NCBI GenBank assembly: GCA_964291625.2
Contig: OZ220090.1
Location: 480,001-544,000 of the forward strand
DNA from: Candidatus Latescibacterota bacterium
GTDB lineage: Bacteria; Latescibacterota; UBA2968; UBA8231
Length of the DNA: 64,000 nt
Direction: 5' to 3'
Shown: positions 18,733 through 28,285 of the stretch, piece after piece
Layout: each line of letters begins with the position of its first letter
Numbering within the stretch: position 1 is the stretch's first letter
Notes under the pieces: generated by a model
Databases searched by the model: none
Told to the model about the DNA's origin: nothing
What the model saw: only the letters and a program-made list of their open reading frames with translations
Program-made: the position numbers and the translations under genes

Positions 18733-20196
18733 GTGGAATCCGGATCCGGCTTCGGCACCGGCGCCCTCGTCGTCATCGGCCTCTACCTGGTGATGATGAT
18801 CGGCGTCGGCTGGATCGGGCGGCTGCGGCGCCAGAGCGACAGCATGGCCGACTTCTACCTGGCCGGCCGCTCCATGGGGCTGGCCGTGCTGCTGCTGACC
18901 CTCTACGCCACCCAGTACAGCGGCAACACCATGTTCGGGTACACCGGCAAGGCCTACCGGATCGGCTTCGAATGGACCGTCTCGATCCTCTTCATGTTCT
19001 CCATCATCGTCGGCTACCTCCTCTTCGCGCCGCGCCTGGTGGCCCTCGCCCGGCGCATGGAGTTCATCACACCCGGCGACTACATCCGGCACCGTTTCGG
19101 CTCGCCCTTGCTGACCCTGCTGGCCACCCTGCTCATGATCTACGCCCTCGGCAACTACACCCTGGCGCAGCTCAAGGCGATGGGGGCGGCCGTGGAGGGG
19201 ATCACCGACGGCGGCATCTCCTCGGCTTACGGCATCATCGCCCTGGCGGTCATCATGGTCGTCTACGAAACCCTCGGGGGGATGCGGTCGGTGGCCTGGA
19301 CGGATGCGATCCAGGGCGTCCTCCTGCTCGCCGGCTTCTCCATTCTCCTCTTCCTCGTGCCCGGCCTGGGCGGCGGCCTGACAGCCGTCGTCGAGAAGCT
19401 GAGCGTGGAAGCGCCGGAAATGGTGGGGGCGCCTTCCCTGGAGATCTGCAACACCTGGATCAGCTTCGTGGTGCTCCTCGGCTGCGGGGCTGCCATCTAC
19501 CCCCAGGCGATCCAGCGGCTCTACGCCAGCCGCTCGGTGAGCGTCCTCAAGCGGTCCCTCACGGTGATGGCCTTCCTGCCCCTGACCACGACCCTGATCG
19601 CCCTCCTCTGCGGGCTCACGGGAAGGGTGGTGCTTCCGGGCCTGGAGGGCGTGGCGACCGATCAGATCCTCGCCCGGCTGTGCGGCCTGATCATGGAGCA
19701 GTCCCTGGCGGGTTACTGGCTGGTCGTGGTGATCTTCGCGGCGGCCCTCGCCGCCCTGATGTCCACGGCCGACTCGGCGCTGCTGAGCATCTCCTCCATG
19801 TTCACGCGCGACATCTACCAGGTCCACTTCCGGCCGGGGGCGACCCAGCCCGAGCTCACATTGGTGGGCAAAATCGTCTCTTGGGTGGTGGTGGCCGTGC
19901 TGGTGGGCATCGCCATCGGTACCGAGAAGACCCTCGTGCGCCTTCTGGAGATCAAGTTCGAGGTCCTGATCCAGATCGTGCCCTGCTTCTTCCTCGGGCT
20001 CTACTGGCGGAGGCTGCGGACCTCCGTGGTCATCGCCGGACTGCTCGCCGGCCTGGCGGTCGCCCTCGGGCTGACCATCGCCGGCCAGAGCAAGCTCTAC
20101 GGGTTCCACGCCGGCGTCGTCGGCCTGGGCCTCAACTTTCTCATCTGCGCCGCCGGGTGCCTGGCGCCCCCCCAGAAGGAAGAGAGGAAGAATTGA
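18733..20196 (+). CDS. sodium:solute symporter (SSS family)
   Basis: DFYLAGRS, GGMRSVAWTD, AALMSTADS; about 13 TM helices. Confidence 0.92.
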   Translation: MESGSGFGTGALVVIGLYLVMMIGVGWIGRLRRQSDSMADFYLAGRSMGLAVLLLTLYATQYSGNTMFGYTGKAYRIGFEWTVSILFMFSIIVGYLLFAPRLVALARRMEFITPGDYIRHRFGSPLLTLLATLLMIYALGNYTLAQLKAMGAAVEGITDGGISSAYGIIALAVIMVVYETLGGMRSVAWTDAIQGVLLLAGFSILLFLVPGLGGGLTAVVEKLSVEAPEMVGAPSLEICNTWISFVVLLGCGAAIYPQAIQRLYASRSVSVLKRSLTVMAFLPLTTTLIALLCGLTGRVVLPGLEGVATDQILARLCGLIMEQSLAGYWLVVVIFAAALAALMSTADSALLSISSMFTRDIYQVHFRPGATQPELTLVGKIVSWVVVAVLVGIAIGTEKTLVRLLEIKFEVLIQIVPCFFLGLYWRRLRTSVVIAGLLAGLAVALGLTIAGQSKLYGFHAGVVGLGLNFLICAAGCLAPPQKEERKN

Positions 20197-21314
20197 GGAT
20201 CACATCGGTCGACATCTGGACCGTCGTGGTACCGACCATCCCGGGTCGCGTGCACAGCCCGGAGTGGGTCCCGGAGACGGGATGGGACCGGATGCCCAAG
20301 CACCTGCTGCGGCTGAACACCGACACCGAGCTGCACGGGATCGGGGAGACGGGGCGGGGGCTCCCCGTGGACCAGGTCCGGGAGGGGGCCCGCCTCCTCC
20401 TCGGGTCCGATCCCGAGCGCCTCTGCCTGCGGGACATCTATGCCGTGCCCGAGGGCCGGGTGCTCGACGGCACGGAACGGGGCGTTCCCGCCGTGCAGCA
20501 GGGTCCCGCCTATGCGGCCTTCGAGATGGCCGTCCTCGACCTGGTGGGCCGCGCCCGGCAGCTGCCCGTCCACGACCTGCTGGGAGGGGCCGTGCGCTCC
20601 CGGGTGCGCGCCGACTACTGGATCGGCCACCAGACCCCCGAGGACGGCCGGCGGTCGGTGGAGCGGGCCCTGCGGCTGGGCTTCCACGGCGTCAAGATCA
20701 AGTGCAAGCTGGACGAGCCGATGGAGGAGCGCCTGCGCGCCATGCGCGACGTGGCCGGCGTCGACTTCAAGGTCACCGTCGACCCCAACGAGCGCTTCCA
20801 CACGGCGGAGCAGGCGATCGAGCTGGCCCATCGCCTCGTGGCCCTGGGCAACGTCGAGGTCTTTGAGGACCCGATCCCCAAGAAGGACCTGGAGGGCTAC
20901 GTCCGCATCCACGAGGAGGTGGACGCGCCGATCGCCATGCACCTCGGGGACGGGCCTTCCATGCTCCGGGCGCTGGAGGCTGGATGCGTGGACTGCTTCA
21001 ACCTCGGCAGCGGCCCGGTCCGGATGCCCGGGCTCGCCCAGATCGCCGCCGCCGCGGGCATGCCCTGCTGGCACGGTTCCGGCAACGACCTCGGCATCAT
21101 CGACACCTCCTACATCCACGCCGCGGCGCTGGCCCCCGCCTGCACCATGGCCTCCGATTTCGTCGGCAGCTGGACCCGCGAGGACGACCTCATCGTCGAG
21201 CCGATCGAGTTCATCGACGGATACGTGGCCATCCCCGAGAAGCCGGGACTCGGGTGCGATCTGGACCTGGAGGCCCTCCCGAAGTACACCCGGGCCCACG
21301 AGGAGGTCCGGTGA
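20193..21314 (+). CDS. mandelate racemase/muconate lactonizing enzyme family protein
   Basis: GIGET, EMAVLDL, KIKCK, DPNE, EDP, PGLG; TTG overlaps the SSS stop with AGAGGA RBS. Confidence 0.85.
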   Translation: MRITSVDIWTVVVPTIPGRVHSPEWVPETGWDRMPKHLLRLNTDTELHGIGETGRGLPVDQVREGARLLLGSDPERLCLRDIYAVPEGRVLDGTERGVPAVQQGPAYAAFEMAVLDLVGRARQLPVHDLLGGAVRSRVRADYWIGHQTPEDGRRSVERALRLGFHGVKIKCKLDEPMEERLRAMRDVAGVDFKVTVDPNERFHTAEQAIELAHRLVALGNVEVFEDPIPKKDLEGYVRIHEEVDAPIAMHLGDGPSMLRALEAGCVDCFNLGSGPVRMPGLAQIAAAAGMPCWHGSGNDLGIIDTSYIHAAALAPACTMASDFVGSWTREDDLIVEPIEFIDGYVAIPEKPGLGCDLDLEALPKYTRAHEEVR

Positions 21315-23065
21315 CGGGGCCGGCCGCCCCGCAGCCGTCTCCCTTCAGCGCCGAGCTGCGGGACTGGAGGGGCGCCTTCGAGGACCGCGGCTCCGGCCTC
21401 GGCCGGGAGCTGAAGCGGCTCTACGGCGAGGAGGCCGAGGCCTGGCGGGTCCGCTACCAGGAGGCCCTCTCCCTCTTCGCCGAGTGTCACCCCGAAGGCG
21501 GTGAGGGACGCCGGCTGGTGATCAGCCGCTGCCCCGGACAGATGAACATCATGGGCATGCACATCGACTACGGAGGCATGCCCAGCCTGCGCCTGGCCGT
21601 GCGCGGCCACGACACGGTCACGGTGGCGGCGGCGCGCGACGACGACCGGGTGGCGCTGCACAGCATCTACCGCGGCGACGGGGGCGCCGGGCAGGACTTC
21701 GAACCCGTGAGCTTCCGCCTGTCCGACCTGGCTGCCGCCGAGCCGCTGGCCACGCGCCAGGACCTGATGGACTACGCCGGGACCCTGGGCACCCGCCGGG
21801 AGCGGGAGACGGGGAGCGCCATGGACGCCAGCTGGGGCATCCTGCCCCAGGGCCAGCTCGTCTATCTCGACAGCTGGCTGCGCCTGCGGGGGCGCCGGCC
21901 GTCGGGCATGGACGCCCTCCTCTTCAGCAACGTCTCGCCCTCCGGAGGCATGTCCTCCTCGTCGGCGCTGGTCATCTCCACCGCTTTCGCCGTCCTCGGC
22001 CTCCACGGCCTGCGGCCGGGCCGCGACATCTCCTGGGAGGACGTCATCGACGGCGTCGGCACCTCCGAGTGGATTCGGGGCACCCGGGGGGGCACGGCCG
22101 ACCACGGCGGCATGGTCCTGGGCCGGTCGGGACAGCTGGTCAGCGTCGGGGTCTTCCCCGCCCGGGACTGCGGCGCGGCGCCCCTGCCGGAGGAGTACGT
22201 GGCCATCCTCCTCGACAGCGGTGTGCCCCGGGTCTACGACGAGGCCGGCAAGGAGGAGACCGTCCTCGCCTACCCGCTGGGCACCTACCTGCTGCGGGAG
22301 GTGCTGCTGCCGACGCGTTTCGGCGCCCCGGGCTGGGAGGGCCTGGTCCCCGACTTCGGCGAGCGGATCCAGCTGATCCGCGACCTGACGCCGGAGAACC
22401 TGGGCCTCACCACGGCCCAGCTGTGCGAGCTGCTGGCCATGGTGCCGGAGCGCACCAGCCTCTCCGAGCTCGAAGCCAGCGCCCGCGATACCGGCGGCGG
22501 CGAGACCTTCGAGGAGATGCATCGGCGCGAGGTGGGAGAGCGCTTTCCCCATACCCGTCCCGACTCGCCGATCCTGCTGAGGCGGCGGTTCGTCTTCGGC
22601 CTCGCCGAGCAGGACCGCGTGGCGGCCGCCGTCGACCTCCTGGCCGCCGGAGACGCGGCCACCGCCTTCGACCTGGTCCGACTCTCCCACGCCGGCGACC
22701 GCGATGCCGAGGTGACCCGCGAGGAGCTGGCGGAGGTGGCCGAGGCTTCGCGCCGGGGCGACCCGCGGGGCCGTCTCGCCTTCGTGCCCGGCGGCTACGG
22801 ACGCATGACCGAGGCCTACGACCGTGTGGTGACGGCTCTGAACGACTTCCTCGAGACGTACGGGAAGGACGCCGGGGCGGTGCAGAGGCTGGGCGCCGGA
22901 TGGGGCGGCAACCTCGGCGGCCTGATCTCGCGCGGTTTCCTCTCCGGCCCCGAACGCGCTGCCCTGGAAGAGGTTATCGCCGATCTCGGCCTTCCCGAGG
23001 CGGATCTCGACCGGTCGGTGGCCACCCCGGGAGAGGGCGCTTGCCTGCTGACCCCTCCCTCGTAG
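21311..23065 (+). CDS. divergent GHMP-family (galactokinase-like) sugar kinase
   Basis: PGQMNIMGMHIDY, PSGGMSSSSAL ATP loop, GGTADH, GAGWGG; AGGAGG RBS, GTGA overlap. Confidence 0.78.
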   Translation: MTGPAAPQPSPFSAELRDWRGAFEDRGSGLGRELKRLYGEEAEAWRVRYQEALSLFAECHPEGGEGRRLVISRCPGQMNIMGMHIDYGGMPSLRLAVRGHDTVTVAAARDDDRVALHSIYRGDGGAGQDFEPVSFRLSDLAAAEPLATRQDLMDYAGTLGTRRERETGSAMDASWGILPQGQLVYLDSWLRLRGRRPSGMDALLFSNVSPSGGMSSSSALVISTAFAVLGLHGLRPGRDISWEDVIDGVGTSEWIRGTRGGTADHGGMVLGRSGQLVSVGVFPARDCGAAPLPEEYVAILLDSGVPRVYDEAGKEETVLAYPLGTYLLREVLLPTRFGAPGWEGLVPDFGERIQLIRDLTPENLGLTTAQLCELLAMVPERTSLSELEASARDTGGGETFEEMHRREVGERFPHTRPDSPILLRRRFVFGLAEQDRVAAAVDLLAAGDAATAFDLVRLSHAGDRDAEVTREELAEVAEASRRGDPRGRLAFVPGGYGRMTEAYDRVVTALNDFLETYGKDAGAVQRLGAGWGGNLGGLISRGFLSGPERAALEEVIADLGLPEADLDRSVATPGEGACLLTPPS

Positions 23066-24252
23066 ACCAACCCCTGCTGGAGGGGGTCCGGGTTCTCGAC
23101 TTCACCCGGGTCCTGGCCGGTCCGTACGCGACGATGGTCCTGGCCGACCTCGGCGCCGAGGTGATCAAGATCGAGCTGCCCGGGCGCGGCGACGAGTCGA
23201 GGAACTTCGGACCCTTCATCGCCGGGAAGAGCGCCTACTACGCGAGCGTCAACCGCGGCAAGAAGTCGGTAACCCTCGACCTGCGCACCCCCCGCGGGTC
23301 CCGGCTGGCCATGGATCTCGTGGAACGATCCGACGTCCTGATGGAGAACTTCCGTCCCGGCAGCATGGCGCGCTTCGGGCTCGACTACGGCCGCGTCTCG
23401 GCGCGCAATCCCCGCCTGGTGTACGCGTCGATCTCCGGCTTCGGCCAGAGCGGGCCGTACTCCCACCGGCCGGCGTACGACGTGATCGTCCAGGCCATGA
23501 GCGGCCTCGCCTCGATCACGGGCCTGCCGGGCCAGCCGCCGGTCCGGGTCGGCTCGTCGACGGCCGACCTGAGCGCGGCCCTCTTCGCCTGCGTCGGGCT
23601 GCTGGCGGCCCTGGCGAGGGCCCGCGAGACCGGGCGGGGCCGACATCTGGACGTATCCATGCTCGACTGCCAGGTGGCCCTCCTGGAAAGCGCCATCGCC
23701 CGCTACGACGTGACGGAGCAGGTCCCGGGGCCGCTGGGATCCCGGCACCCGGCGATCACGCCCTTCCAGTTCTTCGCCGCCGCCGACGGCTGGGTGGTGG
23801 TGGCCGCCGGCAACGACCGGCTCTTCGACCGCCTGTGCCAGGTCCTGGGACGCCCCGAGCTGGTCGATGACGCCCGCTTCTCCAACAACGCCGTCCGTAC
23901 CGAACACCACGGCGACCTCGAGGCGGAGCTCTCGGCCTCCTTCGCCGGCGGTTCCGTGGCCGGGTGGCTCGACCGCCTGGAGAAGGCCGGGGTCCCCTGC
24001 GGCCCGGTGAACGACATGGCCGACCTAGCGCGGGACCCGCAGGTCCGCTCCCGCGGCCTGATCCGGCGGCAGCCGTGCGGCGGGGAGTCGGTGGCCGTTC
24101 CGGTCTCGCCCCTGCGCTATGCGGGTGAGGAGCGGGAGATCGATCCGAGGCCGGCGCCCGACCTCGGGGAGCACACGAAATCCGTCCTGCAGGAGCATCT
24201 GGGCCTCGATGCCGAGACCCTGGTCGCCCTGCGGCGGGACGGCGTCATCTGA
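23041..24252 (+). CDS. CaiB/BaiF family (class III) CoA transferase
   Basis: LEGVRVLDFTRVLAGP, NRGKKS, ENFRPG, YDVIVQAMSG; in-frame TTG at 23041 with GGAG RBS. Confidence 0.9.
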   Translation: MPADPSLVDQPLLEGVRVLDFTRVLAGPYATMVLADLGAEVIKIELPGRGDESRNFGPFIAGKSAYYASVNRGKKSVTLDLRTPRGSRLAMDLVERSDVLMENFRPGSMARFGLDYGRVSARNPRLVYASISGFGQSGPYSHRPAYDVIVQAMSGLASITGLPGQPPVRVGSSTADLSAALFACVGLLAALARARETGRGRHLDVSMLDCQVALLESAIARYDVTEQVPGPLGSRHPAITPFQFFAAADGWVVVAAGNDRLFDRLCQVLGRPELVDDARFSNNAVRTEHHGDLEAELSASFAGGSVAGWLDRLEKAGVPCGPVNDMADLARDPQVRSRGLIRRQPCGGESVAVPVSPLRYAGEEREIDPRPAPDLGEHTKSVLQEHLGLDAETLVALRRDGVI

Positions 24253-24277
24253 CAACTCGATCGAAGAAAGGCGCGGG

Positions 24278-25177
24278 ATGATCCCCCTGATCAGCAGTCA
24301 GTGCTACGGCCCCCTGGAGATCTGTCATCTGCCGCGGCTGTGGTGGAAGGCGTCGCTGAACGCCGCCGGCCGCCTGGCCGAGGACTATCCGGAGTGCACG
24401 CCCGTCCTCGACAGCATGGTCCTCGACCTGCTCGGCCTCGACAAGGGGGCAGCCCTCGGGCACATCCACTCGGCGCGGCCCGACTATCTCTCCTTCGAGG
24501 CCTGGGTCCACCATCAGACGGGGGGCGGGCCCACCCGCGAACGGCTCGAGGAATGGAACGGCTCCATCCGCTCCCGGGTCCACCAGCAGTGGAAGATCGA
24601 CGACATCTACCCGACCCTCGGCTTCGACGGATCTGAGGGCATCACTTCAGCCGTGGTCCTCAACCACTTGGAGGACTGGCAGTTCTGGTATGCCCGGGAT
24701 CTGGGAGGAGAGGCGCTGGCGGCCTGGCCCGGCCGGACCGTTCCCCTGGTCTCCACCCTCGACTACGGTCTGCTGGGTGTCTGCCAGCTTCCGCGCACCT
24801 GGCACAAGGTGCTGCTCCAGGCGTCCGGCCTCCTGCACAGCGAGTACCCGGGACTTGGCGGCGGCCTCGACCGTCGGGTCGTCGTGGATGTCCTCGGCCT
24901 GGACCCCGACCGGGTCGTGGACCATCTGACCTCGGAGAGGCCCTCGTACCTCCGGTTCGAGGACTGGGTGCGGGAGCAGCTGGGGGGACGGGAGGTGAGC
25001 GGACCGGTGGCGGAGTGGAACGAGTACGTGCGAAACCGGACCCACCAGGCGGAGAAGCGGGCCGACATCCACGCCAACCTGGGGCGGGCCAACGACGGCT
25101 CGCTGCCGCAGTCGGCGGTGGTCCTCAACCACGTGGAGGACTGGCACTTCGCCCACGCCATCCTGTGGGCGGAGTGA
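24278..25177 (+). CDS. tandem DUF5069-like repeat protein
   Basis: Two homologous halves, each PL(I/V)S..G.L..C.LPR.W.K ... SAVVLNH.EDW. Confidence 0.7.
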   Translation: MIPLISSQCYGPLEICHLPRLWWKASLNAAGRLAEDYPECTPVLDSMVLDLLGLDKGAALGHIHSARPDYLSFEAWVHHQTGGGPTRERLEEWNGSIRSRVHQQWKIDDIYPTLGFDGSEGITSAVVLNHLEDWQFWYARDLGGEALAAWPGRTVPLVSTLDYGLLGVCQLPRTWHKVLLQASGLLHSEYPGLGGGLDRRVVVDVLGLDPDRVVDHLTSERPSYLRFEDWVREQLGGREVSGPVAEWNEYVRNRTHQAEKRADIHANLGRANDGSLPQSAVVLNHVEDWHFAHAILWAE

Positions 25178-25196
25178 GGCTTCCCCGGGGGCGGGC

Positions 25197-26759
25197 TCAG
25201 GGCTGAAAGACCAGGGCCCGTCCGGGAAGGGGATCGGCCAGATCGGCAACGGCCTGACCGCCGTCGATCACGGGTGTCCCGTTGACGAGGACATGGTCGA
25301 TGCCCACGGGCAACTGCCGGGGATCGTCGTAGGTGGCCCGGTCGGTCACCGTGTCGGCGTCGAAGACGACGAGATCGCCGAACCAGCCCTCCCGCACCTG
25401 TCCCCGCTCGGCGCATCCGAAACGCCGGGCGGGCCGGTCGCTGAGCCTGGCCACCGCCTCCTCGAGGCTGAACAGGCCCTGGTCGCGCACGCAGGGCCCG
25501 AGGAGGCGCGGTGCCGAGCCGTACATCCTCGGGTGCACCTGGCCGTCGGGGAAGTAGATGCCGTCGGTGCCCATGACATAGCAGTCGTGGGCGAGGAACG
25601 GCGCGATCGGCTCGTCGGCGCCGTGGTGGAAGACCAGGAGGACGGCCAGGTTCTCCTCGATCAGCAGGTCGCACAGGGCGTCCTCCGGGGACTTGCCCAC
25701 CTCGGCCACGTACTCCGAGAGCAGCCTCCCGATGTAGCGCTGGTTGTCCCGTGACGGCAGCCAGGCGATGTGGGCACTCTCCAGCCGCGTCCGGGACAGG
25801 TCGCGGGCGAACTCACGCCGCAGCCGGCGGTCCGTGAGCTTGCCGAGGACCGCGAGCGATCCCTCCTCCCACACCTCGTGGGGCAGCAGGAAGTTGAGCA
25901 TCGTCGACCCGGGCAGGTACGGGTAGACGTCGAAGGAGAAGCTCACCTCCTGGCGGGCGGTGCCGTCGACGTACTCCAGCAGTCCGTCGATCTGCTCCGG
26001 TGTCGTGCCCTTCAGGTGGGAGATATGGACGGGCACGCCGGCGCGGCGCCCGATCTCCACCGCCTCGGCCACGCCCTCCAGGGTCCCCTTCCGGTAGCGC
26101 ACGTGGCTGACGTAGAGCCCGTGGGGCGCCATCGGCTCGCAGACCTCGACCAGCTCGTCCAGGGTGGCGAACCACTGGGGCATGTACTCGATGCCCGTGG
26201 ACAGCCCCACCGCCCCTTCCGCCATGCCCTGCTCCACCTCGGCCCGTATCCGGGTCATCTGGAAGTCGTCGGGAACGGCGCGGCTCCAGCCCATGGCCAT
26301 GGCGCGCACATTGCCGTACGGCAGGTGGGTGATCGCGTTCTGCGCCGTGCGCCGGTGCAGGCCCTGCATGTAGTCGGCCAGGGAGCGCCAGCCGTCGTAC
26401 TCCTCGAAGAGCAGTCCGTTCAGGGCCCGCATGTAGTGGATCCACTCCGGCGCCGTCTCCTCGTCGACGGGGGCGTAGGAGATCCCGTCGGCCATGATCA
26501 CTTCGGTGGTGAAGCCCTGGGCGGTCTTCGGGACCAGGTGGGGGATCTTGCGCAGCCAGGCGTCCGAGTGGTTGTGGACGTCCACGAATCCCGGCGCCAC
26601 GATGAGGCCCGAGGCGTCGATGCGCCGTCCCGCCTCGGCGCCCGAGAGGTCCTCGGCGACGGCCGCGACGCGCTCCCCCCGCAGGCCGACGTCGGCGCGT
26701 TTCCGCGGCGCCCCGGTGCCGTCGATGACCGTGCCGCCGGCGATGACCATGTCGAACAT
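25197..26759 (-). CDS. N-acyl-D-amino-acid deacylase / D-aminoacylase family amidohydrolase
   Basis: GGTVIDGTG, APGFVDVHNHSD, GLSTG, HISHLK, HPRMYG. Confidence 0.9.
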   Translation of the reverse strand: MFDMVIAGGTVIDGTGAPRKRADVGLRGERVAAVAEDLSGAEAGRRIDASGLIVAPGFVDVHNHSDAWLRKIPHLVPKTAQGFTTEVIMADGISYAPVDEETAPEWIHYMRALNGLLFEEYDGWRSLADYMQGLHRRTAQNAITHLPYGNVRAMAMGWSRAVPDDFQMTRIRAEVEQGMAEGAVGLSTGIEYMPQWFATLDELVEVCEPMAPHGLYVSHVRYRKGTLEGVAEAVEIGRRAGVPVHISHLKGTTPEQIDGLLEYVDGTARQEVSFSFDVYPYLPGSTMLNFLLPHEVWEEGSLAVLGKLTDRRLRREFARDLSRTRLESAHIAWLPSRDNQRYIGRLLSEYVAEVGKSPEDALCDLLIEENLAVLLVFHHGADEPIAPFLAHDCYVMGTDGIYFPDGQVHPRMYGSAPRLLGPCVRDQGLFSLEEAVARLSDRPARRFGCAERGQVREGWFGDLVVFDADTVTDRATYDDPRQLPVGIDHVLVNGTPVIDGGQAVADLADPLPGRALVFQP

Positions 26760-28159
26760 CAGAGCACCTCCACTTCCAGGTCGTCGAACCAGGAGGTGCC
26801 GGCGCCGTCCTGGCGCAGGACGATGGCCACGGCGCTGACCTCCGGCGGCGAGGGGCCGCGGATCTCGACGGCCAGGCGGGTCCATCCCCGGGTCCCCGTG
26901 AGACGCTCGGAGCAGACCAGGGGATAGCGCTCCGGGTGGTTGTAGATGATCCAGCGCAGGGCCAGGCAGGCGCCGCGGCCGGAGACGGATTCGGTGCGCA
27001 CCCAGAGGGAGACCCTGAAGCCGGTCTCCGCCTGCCAGCGCTGGGTGAAGGCCCCCTCGCCCTCGCGGTCCATCGACCACTCGGTGACCCCGGCGGTCTC
27101 CCGGTGGATCTTGAGGGAGCAGTCGTCGCCGCGGCCGTGGTCGCGGCACCACTCGGCGCCGTCGCCGGCCGGCAGCCATGGCCAGGGGTCCAGCTCGCCG
27201 GCCGGCTCGTCGAGGCGCAGGGGCTTCTCGAAGCTCGAGCGGCGCTCGTACCGCGGCAGCTCGCGGAAGCCGGCGTACTCCACCGGCGGCACGGGTTCGG
27301 CCCGGCTGCGGAGCTCGGCCACCTTCTCATCCGGGCACAGGCGGATGCGGAAGCGCTCGCAGATCGGTTCGTAGAGCTCGCCGGCGCCATAGCGGGCGCC
27401 CAGATGGATGTCGTATCCCCAGTTGCAGACCGAGGCCGAGGTCCTGGCCGCGGTGTCGCCGGGGAACTCGAAGGCGGGGTTGTGGCCGGGGTCCGCGGCC
27501 AGCACGAAGAGGCCGCCCTCGCGGAAGGATCGAGGACTGGGGATGCCGGTGGCCATGTGGTTCAGCGGCATCTGCCAGGCCGTGCCGTCGGCGGGCTCGG
27601 CCAGCAGGTGGGTGTAGCCGTTGGCGGACCAGGCCCCCTCGAAGGCGAGAGTCGGAGCGGGGACATCGCAGTACCAGGGATCGCTGTACTCGAAGGTGAC
27701 CTGCTCCACCCCCGGCCGGTGGAAGACCTCCGGGCTGTGCAGTTCCAGGTGGCAGGCGAAGTCGTAGACGTAGGAGCCCAGCCTCTCGTCCCAGGTCACG
27801 GTGAGGACCCGGCGGGAGGTGGCCACGCCTCCGGGGTCGGCGGTGGTCACGGTCACCGTGAGGCGGCCGGTGCCGCGCCCGTCGACGGTGACATCGATGA
27901 GGTCGGTGGTGATGATGTGGCCGTCCAGATTCCAGAACAGCTGGGTGCCGGCCACCAGGGGACGGCCGCCCGGGGAGAGCCTCAGATCCCGCAGGACGAC
28001 CGGTTTCAGGTTGCGGTCGAAGTAGCGCAGGTTCTGCTCCGGCTGCTCCACCACCGCCCGCTCGAGGCGGGCGATCGGCTCGTCGCCGTCGCAGATCCAC
28101 TCCTCGCCGGCCGTCACGCCGCCCCGGGTCACGAGGTCGAAGCGGCTCCGGTGGCCCAT
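26759..28159 (-). CDS. hypothetical protein with a C-terminal carbohydrate-binding-like (jelly-roll) domain
   Basis: 466 aa, GGAGG RBS, TGATG coupling to the deacylase; C-terminal GTRGWT...GTSWFDDLEV pattern of CBM4/9-like modules. Confidence 0.65.
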   Translation of the reverse strand: MGHRSRFDLVTRGGVTAGEEWICDGDEPIARLERAVVEQPEQNLRYFDRNLKPVVLRDLRLSPGGRPLVAGTQLFWNLDGHIITTDLIDVTVDGRGTGRLTVTVTTADPGGVATSRRVLTVTWDERLGSYVYDFACHLELHSPEVFHRPGVEQVTFEYSDPWYCDVPAPTLAFEGAWSANGYTHLLAEPADGTAWQMPLNHMATGIPSPRSFREGGLFVLAADPGHNPAFEFPGDTAARTSASVCNWGYDIHLGARYGAGELYEPICERFRIRLCPDEKVAELRSRAEPVPPVEYAGFRELPRYERRSSFEKPLRLDEPAGELDPWPWLPAGDGAEWCRDHGRGDDCSLKIHRETAGVTEWSMDREGEGAFTQRWQAETGFRVSLWVRTESVSGRGACLALRWIIYNHPERYPLVCSERLTGTRGWTRLAVEIRGPSPPEVSAVAIVLRQDGAGTSWFDDLEVEVL

Positions 28160-28285
28160 GGAGATCCTCCGTCGAATCGGTGCAATCGAGTCTGGGAAGG
28201 GGAGGCCGCAAGATACCCCCGCCCCACCAGGTCGGCAACCGCCGTCGATTGACAGGGCCGGAGCCCGGAGCTTCATATATCGCCC

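Noticed and set aside
22069-23062. Apparent missing start or long N-terminal extension of the CoA transferase
   Set aside because: An in-frame TTG at 23041 with a GGAG RBS explains it; no frameshift or fusion is needed
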